From: Hemiscyllium ocellatum | Lineage: Eukaryota | Length of the DNA: 64,000 nucleotides | Direction of reading: 5' to 3' | NCBI RefSeq assembly: GCF_020745735.1 | Contig: NC_083417.1 | Location: forward strand, 64,232,001-64,296,000 | Shown here: in pieces, positions 12,456 to 25,499 of the stretch | Position numbering within the stretch: the first letter of the stretch is position 1 | Layout: every line of letters begins with the position of its first letter | Position numbers and translations under genes: made by a program | Notes under the pieces: model-generated | Told to the model about the DNA's origin: nothing | The model's database searches: none | What the model saw: only the letters and a program-made list of their open reading frames with translations

Positions 12456-13286
12456 TCTGGAAATCAGCCCATGAATTAACCTATTTAACTTCTATGAATG
12501 ACCAATGTATCATCCTTGCACACATCTATTTTATATGTTTGTTTTCATTCTGTACTGTAGAGAACAGTTTCCATCATATTACAATTGCATGATTTATTTT
12601 GCCTTTCTTCATAATTCTTGGATTGATGGACATTATTGTGGATCATGCAAAAGCAGTTTCAATTGAAAGTAATGAACACTTTTCTAACTTCTTAAAATGT
12701 AATCTATTTTTCTAATCAACCTGGTCAGCGATGTCATTTCACATATCTGGGGTACATAGGACTTGAATCCAGGACTCACAGCCCAGGAGTAGTGATACTG
12801 CCACTTTTTATCTATAGGCCACATTCAAAGCAGATGCACAGGCAGCATAAGTAGGATGCAATAGAACAATTTAAGTACACAATTAATCGTCTGCGACCAA
12901 CCGGAAATATAGAAAGTTTAGAATGTAAATGATTATATTTAACTTGGATAAAATAGACACAGGATGAAATGTTACCTGTTTCCCGTTGCAGAGGTGGTAT
13001 TGATTTGCTGAATAATGCACAGAGCTTGTTTTCACTTCATATTTTATTAATGTCAATACCAAATATATTTTATCACGTTCTTTCTTCGATTTTTTAAAAA
13101 GTGTTTATATTAAGGTTGAATTTTCCGAGTGCTCTTTTACATTGTTCCATAAATTTCTGTGAAAATTACAAAGGTAGACAACAGAAAGAGGCATTTAATC
13201 GTGTACACTTCTTTCAAATTTGTTTTCAAGAGGTGCATATTGTTAGCTAGGCCGGTATTTATCGTCCATCATTAAATAACCTGGAG

Positions 13287-13652
13287 ACGTAGATGAAGGG
13301 CTTATGCTCGAAACGTGGATGAAGGGCTTATGCTCGAAACGTTCCTCATTTCCCCTCCCCCCACCTTGTCTCAGTCGGTTCCCTCAACTCAGCACCGCCC
13401 TCCTAACCTGCAATCCTCTTCCTGACCTCTCCGCCCCCACCCCACTCCGGCCTATCACCCTCACCTTGACCTCCTTCCACCTATCCCACCTCCATCGCCC
13501 CTCCCCCTAGTCCCTCCTCCCTACCTTTTATCTCAGCCTGCTTGGCTCTCTCTCTCTTATTCCTGATGAAGGGCTTATGCTCGAAACGTCGAATTCTCTA
13601 TTCCTGAGATGCTGCCTGGCCTGCTGTGCTTTGACCAGCAACACATTTGCAG
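13287..13652 (+). mobile_element. Short PLE family 1 terminal insertion with reiterated HHR fragments at its 5' end
   Basis: Two 25-nt GATGAAGGGCTTATGCTCGAAACGT units (13292-13316, 13318-13342), then the PLE 3' terminus; flanks rejoin as cctggag|aaggaggtgggg, resembling a repeat seen at ~20030 and ~43690. Confidence 0.85.
13559..13594 (+). ncRNA. Hammerhead ribozyme
   Basis: Identical core and stems to 2953-2988. Confidence 0.85.
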
Positions 13653-14894
13653 AAGGAGGTGGGGAACCGATTTTCAGAGAAGTTGCAGTGCTTGCGATAT
13701 GAGGATACCAAAATGTCCTACTATGAATGGAGTTCTAGGATTCTGAACTGTTTCCATGATGCATTGGCCGGCTTTCCTTACATGTCTTTCATGGTACAGA
13801 TTCTAGGTGCACTATTGTCATATTTGTTCTTTCTTTTGAGTTGCTCAGGTTTGACAGAAGACTAAAATTGACATATATCAAATTTTTGACCTCCATTATA
13901 ACTTAAGTAGAGGTCTCTGGATATTGGAGAGCAGAACAAAATCCTTACTGCCTCTACCTGACTGCTTTGCATAATGCTGCCCTGCACTCTCGGACAACTC
14001 GGGTCAGTTTTAATTTTATCCATACCCTTGAATTAGTGGCATCTAAGAAAGATCAGCATAATTTACCACCCTGCTTTGGAAATTTATAAGGCTCTTCCTT
14101 CAATATCAAATTGTCAAAATACTGGAGCGCCTTTCCTATCAGCAGTATGGGAGGGGGGGGGGTGCAGGTGGAGTTCATACCTAAACCAACTGGCGTACAG
14201 TGGTTCAAGTAGGTATCCTGGAGTTTGGTAGTAAATGCCATGGAAGCTCAGGTCCCCTGAATGTTTTTTTGTTAAAGTAAAAAATGTCATGTGTCTGTTC
14301 CACTGCCATCCCATCGATTCCTGAAAATATAACTGAATGCAAACTGAAAATTTGATTTTTTTTTTCAGTGCAACACTCGGTTGAATACAAAGTGAATGCA
14401 GAGAATATCGACATTGATATTTCAATTTACATTTTTAATCCACCTAAAGTTCACTTTACAATCAGTTGGAATTGCACCTTGAAGCATTATCTTGCCAAAT
14501 TTACCCTGCACAAAGATGGATGTTAGTTTGTCATCGTCTGTAAAATGTACTCAAAGTATTCTAAGTGTAAACGGTAATTAGAAGTTCAAGATTACTGTGG
14601 CTGAGTCCCTTTCGCTTTTAGCTAAAAATTCTTATAAACTATGATGTAAGAGTGCTTTGAATTAATGATATGATGAAATAATTTAATTGCTGAAACTTTT
14701 ACATGCAGGTTACTTCTCACATTTACACATTTCTTATGTTTGTGCACTAATCCGAATAAAAGCGACTGACAATGAAATTCCTGTTCACAGCATTTAAGCC
14801 TATGGCGCATTTCAAAACCAATTTACGATAGTCGAATTCATATCTGTATCCACAATCACTATGTAAGAAGTAAAGGCGGGCTAGATAATCTATT

Positions 14895-15410
14895 TTCTAT
14901 TTCTGGTCTCCTTCCTATCGGAAATATGTTGTGGAACTTGAAAGGGTTCAGAAAAGATTTACAAGGATGTTGCCAGAGTTGTCGGGATTGCGCTATAGGG
15001 AGAGGTTGAATAGGCTAGGGCTTTGGAGGCTAGGGGGTGACCTTACAGTGCTTTATAAAACCATAAGGGGCATGTATAGGATAAATAGACAAAGTGTTTT
15101 CCCTGAGATAGGGAGTCCAGAACTAGACGGCATAGTTTCAAGGTGAGAGGGGGAAGATATAAAAGAGACCTAAGGGCAACTTTTTCACAGAGAGGGTGTG
15201 TGTGCATGGAATGAGTTGCCAGAGGAAGTGATGGAGGCGAGTACAATTGCAATATTTAAAAGACATCAGGATGGATATATGAATAGGAAGGGTTTGGAGG
15301 GATATGGGCCACATTATGGCAGGTGGGACTAGATTGGGTTGGGATATCTGATTGGCATGGACGAGTTGGACCAAAGGGTCTGTTTCCGTGCTGTATATTT
15401 CTATGACTCT
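14895..15410 (+). mobile_element. CR1 3' fragment
   Basis: ELERVQKRFTRMLP (ORF 14931..15146) and CR1 3' UTR ending ctatgactct. Confidence 0.88.
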
Positions 15411-17274
15411 TCTTCTTTAGATAGCCTCATAATTACATACTGTCTCTCTCTTCGAAGATTCAGGTGGCTGCAAATGTTTCTTTACGTTATTGCAAATTAA
15501 GAATAAGAAGTTTAGCCAATGAGTTCATCTCCATTCCTCTCACATCTTAAAATTGTATTAATCATCAAGGGTTGTATTCATTCAGTTGGTTTTTTTTTTG
15601 CGTTTGGCTGTCTCTTTTAATTAACTGTCTATTGGAAAACTTATGAACAGCAAAGTCAAATAAAAGTTTATTGCATTTTTTGTGAACTGCTCATGAATGA
15701 TCCTCTCTGATTTTTCTGGCGCCACATCAATGCATGCTAGTGAATATCCTTTACAATTGCCAGCAGATCGTCTAGGACATCTTAAAATATAAAAGTCTAG
15801 CAGATCTTAAAATATTTTCATTTGTCTGCATTTGTACAACAGTTAATTTCAAATTTAGAAGTTTAGAATATTGAATAAAACTACAGAAATAATGCTTTAA
15901 TTAACGCCGCTTGCATTTTTCTGAAACATCATGTATCATTTTATAATTGTTCAAATTTTATGGTTTATATCTTTGTTTACTTGTTGTGGTTAAATCAAGT
16001 CCCAGGGTATAAAATTCTAAAATCTACATCGAATAAACTTATATATAAAATATATTATTATATTAATCAATGAAAATTATTTCATTGTGTGATTATCACT
16101 CAACAAAATGTTAATTTCCCTGCTGATCTTCCATGACAGAACCAACTGCAAGGAACTTCTGTCATGACCTAATCCTCGCTGATGTAAGTGTCACAGGTTT
16201 TTCTTCTCATGGAAGTGTTGGGTTGAATAACTGTCACGCAGCTCTTGAGAATAGACAGAACCAATCATAGCATCTTCTATTAGGTTGTATGGCATTTGCC
16301 AAATGGTTTATATTTTGAACAGAGCCAGCAGCATAAGACGTTTTGGGTCAATTGAAGCATTAGATTTATACTTAATGACAATCTGTTGCACTATGACCCA
16401 ACATATCCCTGACCACTACTATAACTATCAATTCAGTTGAATAAATCTGTTGTTATGTGCAACATATGACTGTAAACCAGGAGCAGAACAAACATAAACA
16501 TCAGAGTATCCACTAAGCAAAACGGCAATGCAGGATTGTGTGCACATTACACAGTGGACACAGCATTAACAGAAAGAGTTAACAGTCCCACAATGAATGA
16601 ATCAGATCATAGTTCTCTCTTCTTTCCAAAACCATGAAACAACCAAAGCAAACAGAAGGCTGCACCAACATTACAGTAAGTGATACAGGAATCAACATTC
16701 TACACCAAGGCTCCCAGGTACTCGAAGCCTGAAGCGCCTGCAGACGAGTCAAACCAGCGTATTCCGAAAATACAGCACAAAAAGCATGTAGTCTTCTACT
16801 AAATTATTCACTCCACACGATGTGAAGACATGACTGAAAAAGTTGGTTGTTTAAAATACCTTGACAACTTCTTAATTTTGGTATTTAAAATTCCTACTTC
16901 TCGATCAGCTGACCACATGCCAAGTTGTTCTTCTACAGTGACATAACTGACATCTCAATGACAATGTGCAAAATCACCTGTGTATGCCCTGATAAAAAAA
17001 TTGGAGACCATGTGAGCAGGAGATACCCATTGGGCCATCCAAGCCATTCAACAATATCATGGCTGCTCATCCTATTCAGCATCCCTTTTTACTTTCTCTC
17101 TCACACTCCCTCAACTTTCATCATTTTATCCAGAAAAACTTTTTCAAACTCATTCTTGAAAACATTCACAATTTGCCTAACTTACTTTTTGTAGCAGAGA
17201 ATTCCACAAGCTCACCAGTATCTAGATGATTACATTTCCCCTCATCTTAGTCCTAAATGACCTTTCCAATATCC

Positions 17275-18720
17275 TTTGGAAACAGACCTTTCGGTCCAAC
17301 CTATCCATGCCGACCAGATATCCCAACCCAATCTAGTCCCACCTTCCAACACCCGGCCCATATCCGTCCAAACCCTGCCTATTCATATACACATCCAAAT
17401 GCCTATTAAATGTTGCAATTGTACCAGCCTCCACGACATCCTCTGGCAGCTCATTCCATACACGTGCCACCTTCTGTGTGAAAACGTTGCCCTTTTGGTC
17501 TCTTTTATATCTTTCCCCTCTCACCCTAAACCTATGCCCTCTCGTTCTGGACTCCCAGACTCCAGGGGAAAGATTTTGTCTATTTATCCTATACATGCCT
17601 CTCATGATTTTGTAAATCTCTGTTAGGTCACCCCTCAGCCTCCGACGTTCCAGGGAAAACAGCCCCAGCCTGTTCAACCTCTCCCTATAGCTCAAATCCT
17701 CCAACCTTGGCAACATCCTTGTAAACCACTTCTGAAACCATTCAAATTTCACAGTATCTTTCCGATAGGAAGGAGACCAGAATTGCACGTAATATTCCAA
17801 CAGTGGCCTCATTAACGTCATGTGCAGCAGTAACATGACCTCCCAACTTCTGTACTCAATACTCTGACTAATAAAGGGAAGCATACCAAAAGCCTTCTTC
17901 ACTATCCTATCGACCTGCGCATCCACTTTCAAGGAGCTATGAACCTGCACTCCAAGGTCTCTTTGTTCAGCAACACTCCCTACGATCTTAGCATTAAGCA
18001 CATACGTCCTGTTAAGATTTGCTTTCTCAAAATACAGCACCACGCATTTATCTGAATCAAACTCCATCTCGCATTTCTCAGCTCATTGGCCCATCTGCTC
18101 TTGATCCTGTTGTAATCTGAGGTAACTGTCTTCGCTGTCCACTGCACCTCCAATTTCGGTGTCATCTGCAAATTTACTAACTGTACCTCTTATGCTCACA
18201 TCCAAATCATTTATGCAAATGACAAAAAGTAGAGGACCCAGCACCAATCCTTGTGGCACTCCAGTATGAAACACAACCCTCCACCACCCTCTGTCTTCTA
18301 CTTTTAGCCAGTTCTGTATCCAAATGGCTAGTTCTCCCTGTATCCCCTGAGATCTAACCTTGCTAATCAGTCTCCCATGGGGAACCTTGTCGAAAGCCTT
18401 ACTGAAGTCCATATAGATCACATCTACTGCTCTTCCCTCATCAATCTTCTTTGTTACTCCTTCAAAAAACCCAAGTTTGTGAGACATGATTTCCCACGCA
18501 AAAAGCCACGTTGACTATCCCTAATCAGTCCTTCCCTTTCCAAATACATGAACATCCTGTCCCTTAGGATTCCCTCCAACAACTTGCCCACCACTGAGGT
18601 CAGGCTCACCGGTCTATCGTTCCCTGGCTTGTCTTTACCGCCCTTCTCAAACAGTGGTACCATGTTTGCCAACCTCCAGTGTCCCGACACCTCATCTGTG
18701 ACTATCGATTTACAAATATC
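17275..18720 (-). mobile_element. CR1 LINE 3' portion (RT domain), frameshifted
   Basis: ORF 18083..18487 has YMDFSKAFDKVPH, GVPQGLVLGP, KFADD; ORF 17333..18067 has the ORF2 C-terminus. Confidence 0.93.
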
Positions 18721-19210
18721 TCAGTAAGAGGCCCAACAATCACTTCCCAGCAATCTCTAGCTTCCCACAGAGATCATCGGGAACATCCTGCTGACACTTA
18801 CCCTGTCTTGTTCAGTTAGAATTTCATAGAGGTCTATGAAATTTCTACTTCGCTTTTCTAAAGTTCAATGAGTATTTTATCCTCCCAACAAGTCTCACCC
18901 ACCATTTATTAAAATCATGTATATTCTTCCTCTGGATTAAAGCCCTCTTTCATGTCCGCTCCTCATGGTCTGCAACTCACCAATATTTTAACGTTCCATC
19001 TGTAATGTCTCTAAATACTTTAAGGATCTGCCCGTCAGAACTCTCTGGGACAGGCAATTCCACGTATTCACTCGCCTCCAGTTGAAAGGATTCCTTTGCA
19101 TTCCCATTCTACACGAGTGTCTCCTTTTTGTGTAGCTACATCACCAAGTTTTAGTTCCTGCAAGTGGAAGTATATCCTTAATACTTACCCGATTAAGCCT
19201 CATCAAAATA

Positions 19211-19386
19211 CAGAGGAACCTCGATTATCCAAATGACACGGGTGTAGAGTGTTTTGTTCAGATAATTGAATGTTTGGATAATTGAATGTCAGAGAACAGA
19301 GTTTAGCCAAACATCAGGATCTTGCAATCTTGTCCAGACAATCTGAAATTTGGATAATTGAATGCCAGATGATCGAGATGGCCCAG
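19211..19386. mobile_element. Probable pogo/Tigger-type MITE
   Basis: TA|CAGAGGAACCTCGATTATCC left end, degenerate right end ...gatgatcgagatggcccag|TA, internal GATAATTGAAT repeated three times. Confidence 0.5.
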
Positions 19387-20579
19387 TATTTAAGAAGATC
19401 AGCCCTGGTCTTCTAAAAATCTAATTGCCAAAGCAATAATCTGTTTTTGATCTCTTGAAATGTCAAACCTTTTTCTCCTAAGAATTATCTGGTGAATGTC
19501 TTCTAAACTACCTCAGATGCCAATCCACCCTTTGTTAAATATTAGGATGAAAATAGAACATAATACTTCCGGTGGAAACACACCAGCATCCGAGATAGTT
19601 ACATCAAGACTTTACCATGTTTGAACTCCAATGCCTCGCAATAAAGAACAAAATTATTCAGTGTAGCTGCATGCTAAGCTTTCTTTGCTTGTGCTTATCC
19701 TTCAGGCACACCAACACCCAGATCCCTTGGCGTACATGTTTTAATCCTTCTTCATTTGATTAATAGACTAACTTTTGATAGTTCCCACTAAAATACATGA
19801 CCTCACAATTCCTTACATTAAATTTGAGTAGCCAAATATGTGCTCACATTCAATCTATCTAGATCCCGTTTAAGATTCCTTATGTCTCCCATGCTCTCGC
19901 ATTTTACGACATTAACATCTGCTCCTCCTGCAAGTCATTTATATAGAAATAATATTTAACATTATTTTTCATCAAAGGATATGAACATTATTGGGGGGGG
20001 CACCATTCATTGTTGAACCCTTGTTGCTCTTGAAAAGATAGTGGGGAACTGCCTTCTTGAACTCTTGGGGCCCATTTTTCATTTTGAAGACTGTGGGTGT
20101 TTTGTGCTTTTTAAACCTGCAGAATACACTAAGAAAGAATGGTTTTGAACTCCAGGGACTAACGAAGATTATTGCATCTTTATACAGTAAGGAATGCAAC
20201 ATTTTTTTGAACCATGCTTGTGCAGCCACATGTTCCAGAGCATGCAGATGAATTGAAGCAAAGTTTACAAGTGGAACTGTTTGGTTTTGGAGTAAGGGCC
20301 ATTATCAATGGCAAATGTCCTCTCCCTGTCAACCACAACATAATTGATTGTCCGTTACCAACGATTTGGGTACTGATCAAGGCAATGAGAAACCGTCCAG
20401 ATCATAAGAAAACATCTCAGTTCTTTCCAGTAAGCCGATTTATCCCGAAGGAAAACCAGATTTTCTTTCATTTAACTGATGTTGCAATTTGTGACTCTGA
20501 TTGTGGGAGATGAGTGACTGACCACTGCACATTGGTACAAGCAACCATTCGAGAGAGGCAAGGCAATATGATTGCAGTA

Positions 20580-20860
20580 GTAGAGGACAATATAATGAGG
20601 AGAATAGATGTTGTGCTCCACACCAAGCGTAAGAGTCCCCTCAACTATGTTGCCTACCACTGCCAGGGCTAAGGATAATTTCTCCAGGCTAGAAGAGAAC
20701 TGAAATATGGACGAGAGGGATCCTGTTGTTTTCATCCACGTTGATACCATTGTAAACGATGAGAACAGAAAGAATGTTTTTCTGAAAGATTTTGAACTGC
20801 TAGGACCGAAATCAGAAAGCAAAACGTCCATATAATATGAATGAAACCAAACAACTGTGA
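20580..20860 (+). mobile_element. Decayed CR1 ORF1 (SGNH esterase-like) remnant
   Basis: gttgcctaccactgccagggctaaggat...ccacgttgataccattg resembles the ORF1 region at 62280-62400. Confidence 0.45.
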
Positions 20861-20989
20861 ATGTTGGAATTTAGAAACTCTATGTGATAACAAGATCTGT
20901 TGTGCATTGTTTGGTGTAAGAACACAGGGAAAGGTGCCTAGGCCCTTAAATGATTGAACTCGATCCTGAGTCCTGAAGCAGGTCCACAA

Positions 20990-21220
20990 GCAGGAAATGA
21001 AATGTTATTCTTCCAGCTTGCCCTGACCTACGCCGGAACACTTGAAGCCCGATTCAAAGATGTTGGTCGTGGAAGGCAGTAGTGTGTTGAAATGACAAGT
21101 GACAAGAAGCTCAGGATGTCATCTGTGAACAGTACGTAAGTGTTCCACAAAGCAGTGCCCCAGTCTGCCATTCGCCTCTCAAATGTAGACAGGTGCACAT
21201 TCTCGACATCAGAATCCACA
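20990..21220 (-). mobile_element. Old PLE GIY-YIG remnant
   Basis: Minus strand reads approximately VYI.E.NGRLGHCFVEHLRTV...PELLVTCHFN. Confidence 0.55.
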
Positions 21221-21354
21221 TCACAGGATAGTAAGCCGCTATTTCCACCACCTCGAGAAGAATGCCACCACCAGACTCAGTTTCTTGTTCCTTGATATGT
21301 GAACCTTATGCAGGAACGCCTCGCTGCTGGAAACATTGGAACCACTCTGCTTCA

Positions 21355-22410
21355 TTTATGTATGTGAGTATGAGAAGGACTGTGTATGAGAGAGCGTATG
21401 TATGAGTGTGTGTGCGTGTAAGAATGTGTGCGTATGTGTGTTTTGTGTGTGTGTGAGACAGAGAGAGGGTATAGTGTAGGGGATTAACCTGTAGTCTGAC
21501 ATGAACCCAAGGCCCTGGTTGAAGCCATCCTCATGGGTACTGAACTTGGCAATCTGGTTCTGCTCGGCAATTGTGTTGTTGCCTATCCCAAGGTCTTCCT
21601 TGGAGGATAGTCACCTGAAGATCCAAAGCCAAATGTCCCTGAGTGCTGAAGTGATCCCCTACTTGGTGAGTGTTGTGTTGTGTTGTGTCCATTCATGCAT
21701 TATCGTAGTGTCTCCTTGGTTTCACCAATGTACCATGCCTTGGAACATTCTTGCCTGCAGCGTATGAGATAGACCACATTGGCGGAGTCACAAGAATACC
21801 TGTTGTGTACATGGCGGATGGTGTCCCCACGTGTAATGGTGGTATCTGTGCCGACATTTTGACATGTTTGGCAATGGCTGCCATGACAGATTTGTACGGT
21901 GTTGTAGTCGAAGTCGTTCAGAAAGCTAGGCAATTTGCTACGAACAACGGTCTGCTTAAGGTTTGGGGTTGGTTTAAAGGTGTGATGTGGAGGCAAAAGG
22001 GAAGGTTTTAGCGAGGTGCTCATCCTCATCGATAATGTGTTACAGGTTGTGAAGAACAAGGCGTAGTTTTTCCACTCCTGGGAAGAACTGGACAATGAAG
22101 GGTACCCTGTCAGTTGCATCCCATCTCTGTCTCTTGTGGAGGTCACTGTGGCACGTCAGAATTAGTGATCAATGAGTTGAGCATCGTAACCTGTTCTTAT
22201 GAGGGCACACTTGAGCACCTTCAGGTATCTGCCATGTTCTTCCTCATCTGAGCAAATCCTGTGTATGCGTAAGGCTTGTTCATAGCAAGTGGCTTTTTAA
22301 TATGTTTAGGGTGGAAGCTAGAGAATTGTAGCATCGTGAGGTCATCCATGAGTTTGCGGTAGAGTGAGGTGCTGAGGTGTCCATCCTTGATGGAGATGCA
22401 TGTGTCCAAG
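21355..22410 (-). mobile_element. PLE family 2 fragment (RT C-terminus, GIY-YIG, GT-rich 3' region)
   Basis: STSLYRKLMD...SSFHPKHIK (ORF 22221..22409); ANVVYLIRCRQECSKAWYIGET (ORF 21700..22146). Confidence 0.85.
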
Positions 22411-22569
22411 AATGAAAGAGATACTAAAAAGCAGTTAATGGTAACTCTAATGGTGGGATGAAACTCGTTGATATCACTATGTAGTTCTTTCAGTGATTCC
22501 TTGCCATGGTCCAGAAGAAGAAAAAGTCATCATCTTATCAGACACTGGGACCCTGTCTGGCTATGTCGA

Positions 22570-22960
22570 AGCCAACTTGAAACCCATTGTACAGGGGACC
22601 CCAGCTCCTGTTGCAACACTACAGATTTGTTACAGAAATTCAACACCCACAGACTAGTCGAACTGGGAGTTTTGTGAGAGTGTGTAACATGCAGACAGTT
22701 ACTTCACTCTCTCTCTCTCATGCACGTGTATGCACATATAATTTTATGGGGTGAAGCTGTATTAGCAGAATTATACTTTCGATTTTGCTCAAAGAATGTA
22801 CAATTTGCATGCAATCAAGGAGGCAGTCAATCTATGCAATACTTTGCTAATTCCACTTTGGAAATAGAACGAGTCTGACTTAAGATTGGGACACAGACAG
22901 ATCTTTATATGAATTGTCTCAATTGAGATATCGCCTTTCTTTAATTAAAAAAAACTTAAA
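22570..22960 (+). mobile_element. PLE family 2 terminal-repeat fragment, inverted relative to 21355-22410
   Basis: tttatggggtgaa...aattccactttggaaatagaac..gtctgact matches 57395-57540. Confidence 0.65.
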
Positions 22961-23074
22961 GTATCTCAAGAATATAACTCTCTGCTTTCATTCTATTTGA
23001 CTTTACAGAGGCTTGTTGTCTGTTTTGTTGTCCTCTATTATCAATTTCTTGGACAATTTTTTTCTTCCTTTCAT

Positions 23075-24130
23075 TCCAACTCATCCATGCTGACCAGATA
23101 TCATAAAATAATCTATGTCTATTTGCCAACATTTGGCAAATGCCTCTAAATCCTTCCTATTCACATATCTATTTAGATGCTTTTTAAATGTTGTAATTGT
23201 ACCAGTCTCCTTCACTTCGTCTGGCAGCTCATTCCATGTATGCGTTACCCTCTGCATGAAAAATCTGCCCCTTAGGTTCCTTTTAAATATTTCCCCTCGC
23301 CCCTTAAACCTATGCCCAACAATTTTGAACTCCCCCAGCTCGAGAAAAAGACCATCGCTCTTCCCCGTATTCGAGCTCCTCATGATTTCCTAAACTTCTA
23401 TAAGGGAATTCCTCAGCCTCCAACGCCCCAGAGAAAATAACCCCAGTCTATTCGACTTTTCCTTATAAAGCTCAAGCCCTCCAACCTTGACAACATTCTT
23501 GTAAAACTTTTCTGAACCATTTGAAGTTTAACAAAACTTTCCCTACAACATTGGGACCAGAGCTCAAAGTAGTATTCAACGACGCCTACCCAATGTCCCA
23601 AACCTTCCAACTCCTATACTCATTGTACTGATCAATAAATGCATGCACACTAAACGCCTTCTTCCCTACCCAGTCGACCTGTGACTCTACTTTCAAATAG
23701 CTACGAACCTGTGCTCCAAAATCACGTTTTTAGGCAACATTCTGCCAGGACCTTATACTTAAGTATTTAAATCCTGCCCTGATTTGCCCTAACGAACGAT
23801 CGTAGCTCACATTTATTAAGATTAAACTCCATCTGCCACTCATCAACTTATCGAGCCAGCTGATTAAAACCTCTTTGTCCTCTAAGGTAACCTTCTTGGC
23901 TGTCCACTACATCATCAACTCTGGAATGATCTTCAAATTTACGAACCATGCCTTCTATATTCACATCCAAATCATTTATATGGATGCGAAAAAGCAGTGG
24001 AGCCAACACCAATCACTGTGGCACAACGCTGGTTACAGGCCTCCAGTTTGAAATGAAAGCCTTCACCAGCTCCCTCTGTGTCCTACCGTTCAGCCAATTT
24101 TGTATCCAAATGGCTAGTTCTTCCTGTATT
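23075..24130 (-). mobile_element. Decayed CR1 3' portion
   Basis: ORFs 23081..23383 and 23413..23610 (VKLQMVQKSFTRML; GHRFKGRG...FFMQRVTHTWNELP). Confidence 0.85.
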
Positions 24131-24139
24131 ATATGTATT

Positions 24140-24890
24140 ATAACCTGGTTATTCAAGGTTAGCATGAAGATTTGTAGCTCAGGTGCTGGTTATTGTGGTT
24201 GTGGGCATGTTGGCCGAGCTGGGAAGTTGACTTGCAAATGTTTCATCCCCTGTCTCGCTGACATCTTCACTGCTTTGGAGCCTCCTGTGAAGTGCTGCTG
24301 TATTGAGTTCTCTGGAATTTATTTTGTTCCATTCCTGCTGCTTCTGGTTGCTGGTTCCGATCGTTTGTTGTCATGGTTGTGTATTTTGTCTAGGCCTATG
24401 TGTTTGTTGATGGAGTCCGTGAATGAGTGCCATGATATTGAAATTCTCTGGTTGTCCTCTGTTCAGCTTGTCCAATGATCGTTGTGTTGTCCCAGACGAA
24501 TGTATGGTCCATGTCATCTGTGTGTATGGCGACGAGGGGCAGATGGTCAAGGCATTTAGTGGCTAGTTGGTGTTCATGGATGTGGATTGTTAGCTGTCTG
24601 CCTGTTTGTGTTATCTAGTGCTTCATGCAATCATTTCATGGCATGTTGTAAATTATGTTAGTTTTGCAGATGATGGGTATCAGGTCTTTTGTTTTGGTGA
24701 ATTGTTGTCTGAGCGTAACTGTTAGGTTATATACTGCCTTGAGTCTGAGTGGTAGGAAAGATCTGACTGTTAGTTCTGTGACATTTTTTATATAAGGTAG
24801 CAGTGCCAGTATATTGTGTCCTGGCATGTCCTTGTCACGTTGTTTATCTGTTAACAGCCAAAATGCTTGCCTTCTGCCCTTCATTTCTCT
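24140..24890 (-). mobile_element. PLE family 3 (Poseidon/Penelope-like) 3' fragment with degenerate HHR at 24234-24273
   Basis: LPYIKNVTELT...KTNIIYNMP.NDCMKHYITQTGRQL...HEH; terminus GCA-GTGAAGA-TGTC...GAT-GAAA-CATT-TGC on the minus strand. Confidence 0.7.
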
Positions 24891-25139
24891 CGCTAACTTC
24901 TAAATTGACGTTAGTACATCCACATTCTTTTCTTCCTATTCCAAAAGTAAAGTTGTTAGAAACTTGAATATTCATTCACTGGATACCTTTTACAACATTT
25001 TATTCCGGTATTTGCGAGCTCTGTCATGAAATGTTAATTGTCTGTCGTTTCTAATGCTCAAAACTTTGATACTCCAGTTTCCTTTTCATCGCCTTTTCCA
25101 CTTCCAGGCTTTTCATTTCCCATTCAGCCCAAGCTATAT

Positions 25140-25404
25140 GACGATAAGACATAGGAGCAGAATTGAATCTCTCAATCGAGTCTTGTCTGTTGATCAATTC
25201 GATCATGTTTGATCTGATCATTTCAACGTCATTTTCATGTCTTTTCCCTGCAGTCCTCGGTACATTTACTGGTTTTTAATCAGCCTTGACACTAACTCAA
25301 TAGTTACCTGTAGTATGGAATTCAAAAGATTCACTGGCCTCTAGTACAAGATATTCTTCCTAACTAAGCAATAAATGAGCATCCCCTTACTATGAGATTA
25401 TGTC
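25140..25404 (-). mobile_element. Old CR1 3'-end fragment interrupted by the PLE at 25405; continues at 28995-29060
   Basis: Flanks rejoin as gagcatccccttactatgagattatgtc|ctctggtactcaactc. Confidence 0.55.
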
Positions 25405-25463
25405 TGCTAAAAACGTGTTGCTGGAAAAGCACAGCAGGTCAGGCAGCATCAAAGGAACAGGAA

Positions 25464-25499
25464 ATTCGACGTTTCGGGCCACAGCCCTTCATCAGGAAT
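25464..25499 (-). ncRNA. Hammerhead ribozyme
   Basis: Minus strand ATTC-CTGATGA-A-GGGC(TGTG)GCCC-GAAA-CGTC-GAAT. Confidence 0.85.

Noticed and set aside
13292-13342. CRISPR-like direct repeats
   Set aside because: Only two units, no spacers, eukaryotic context; they are PLE ribozyme fragments
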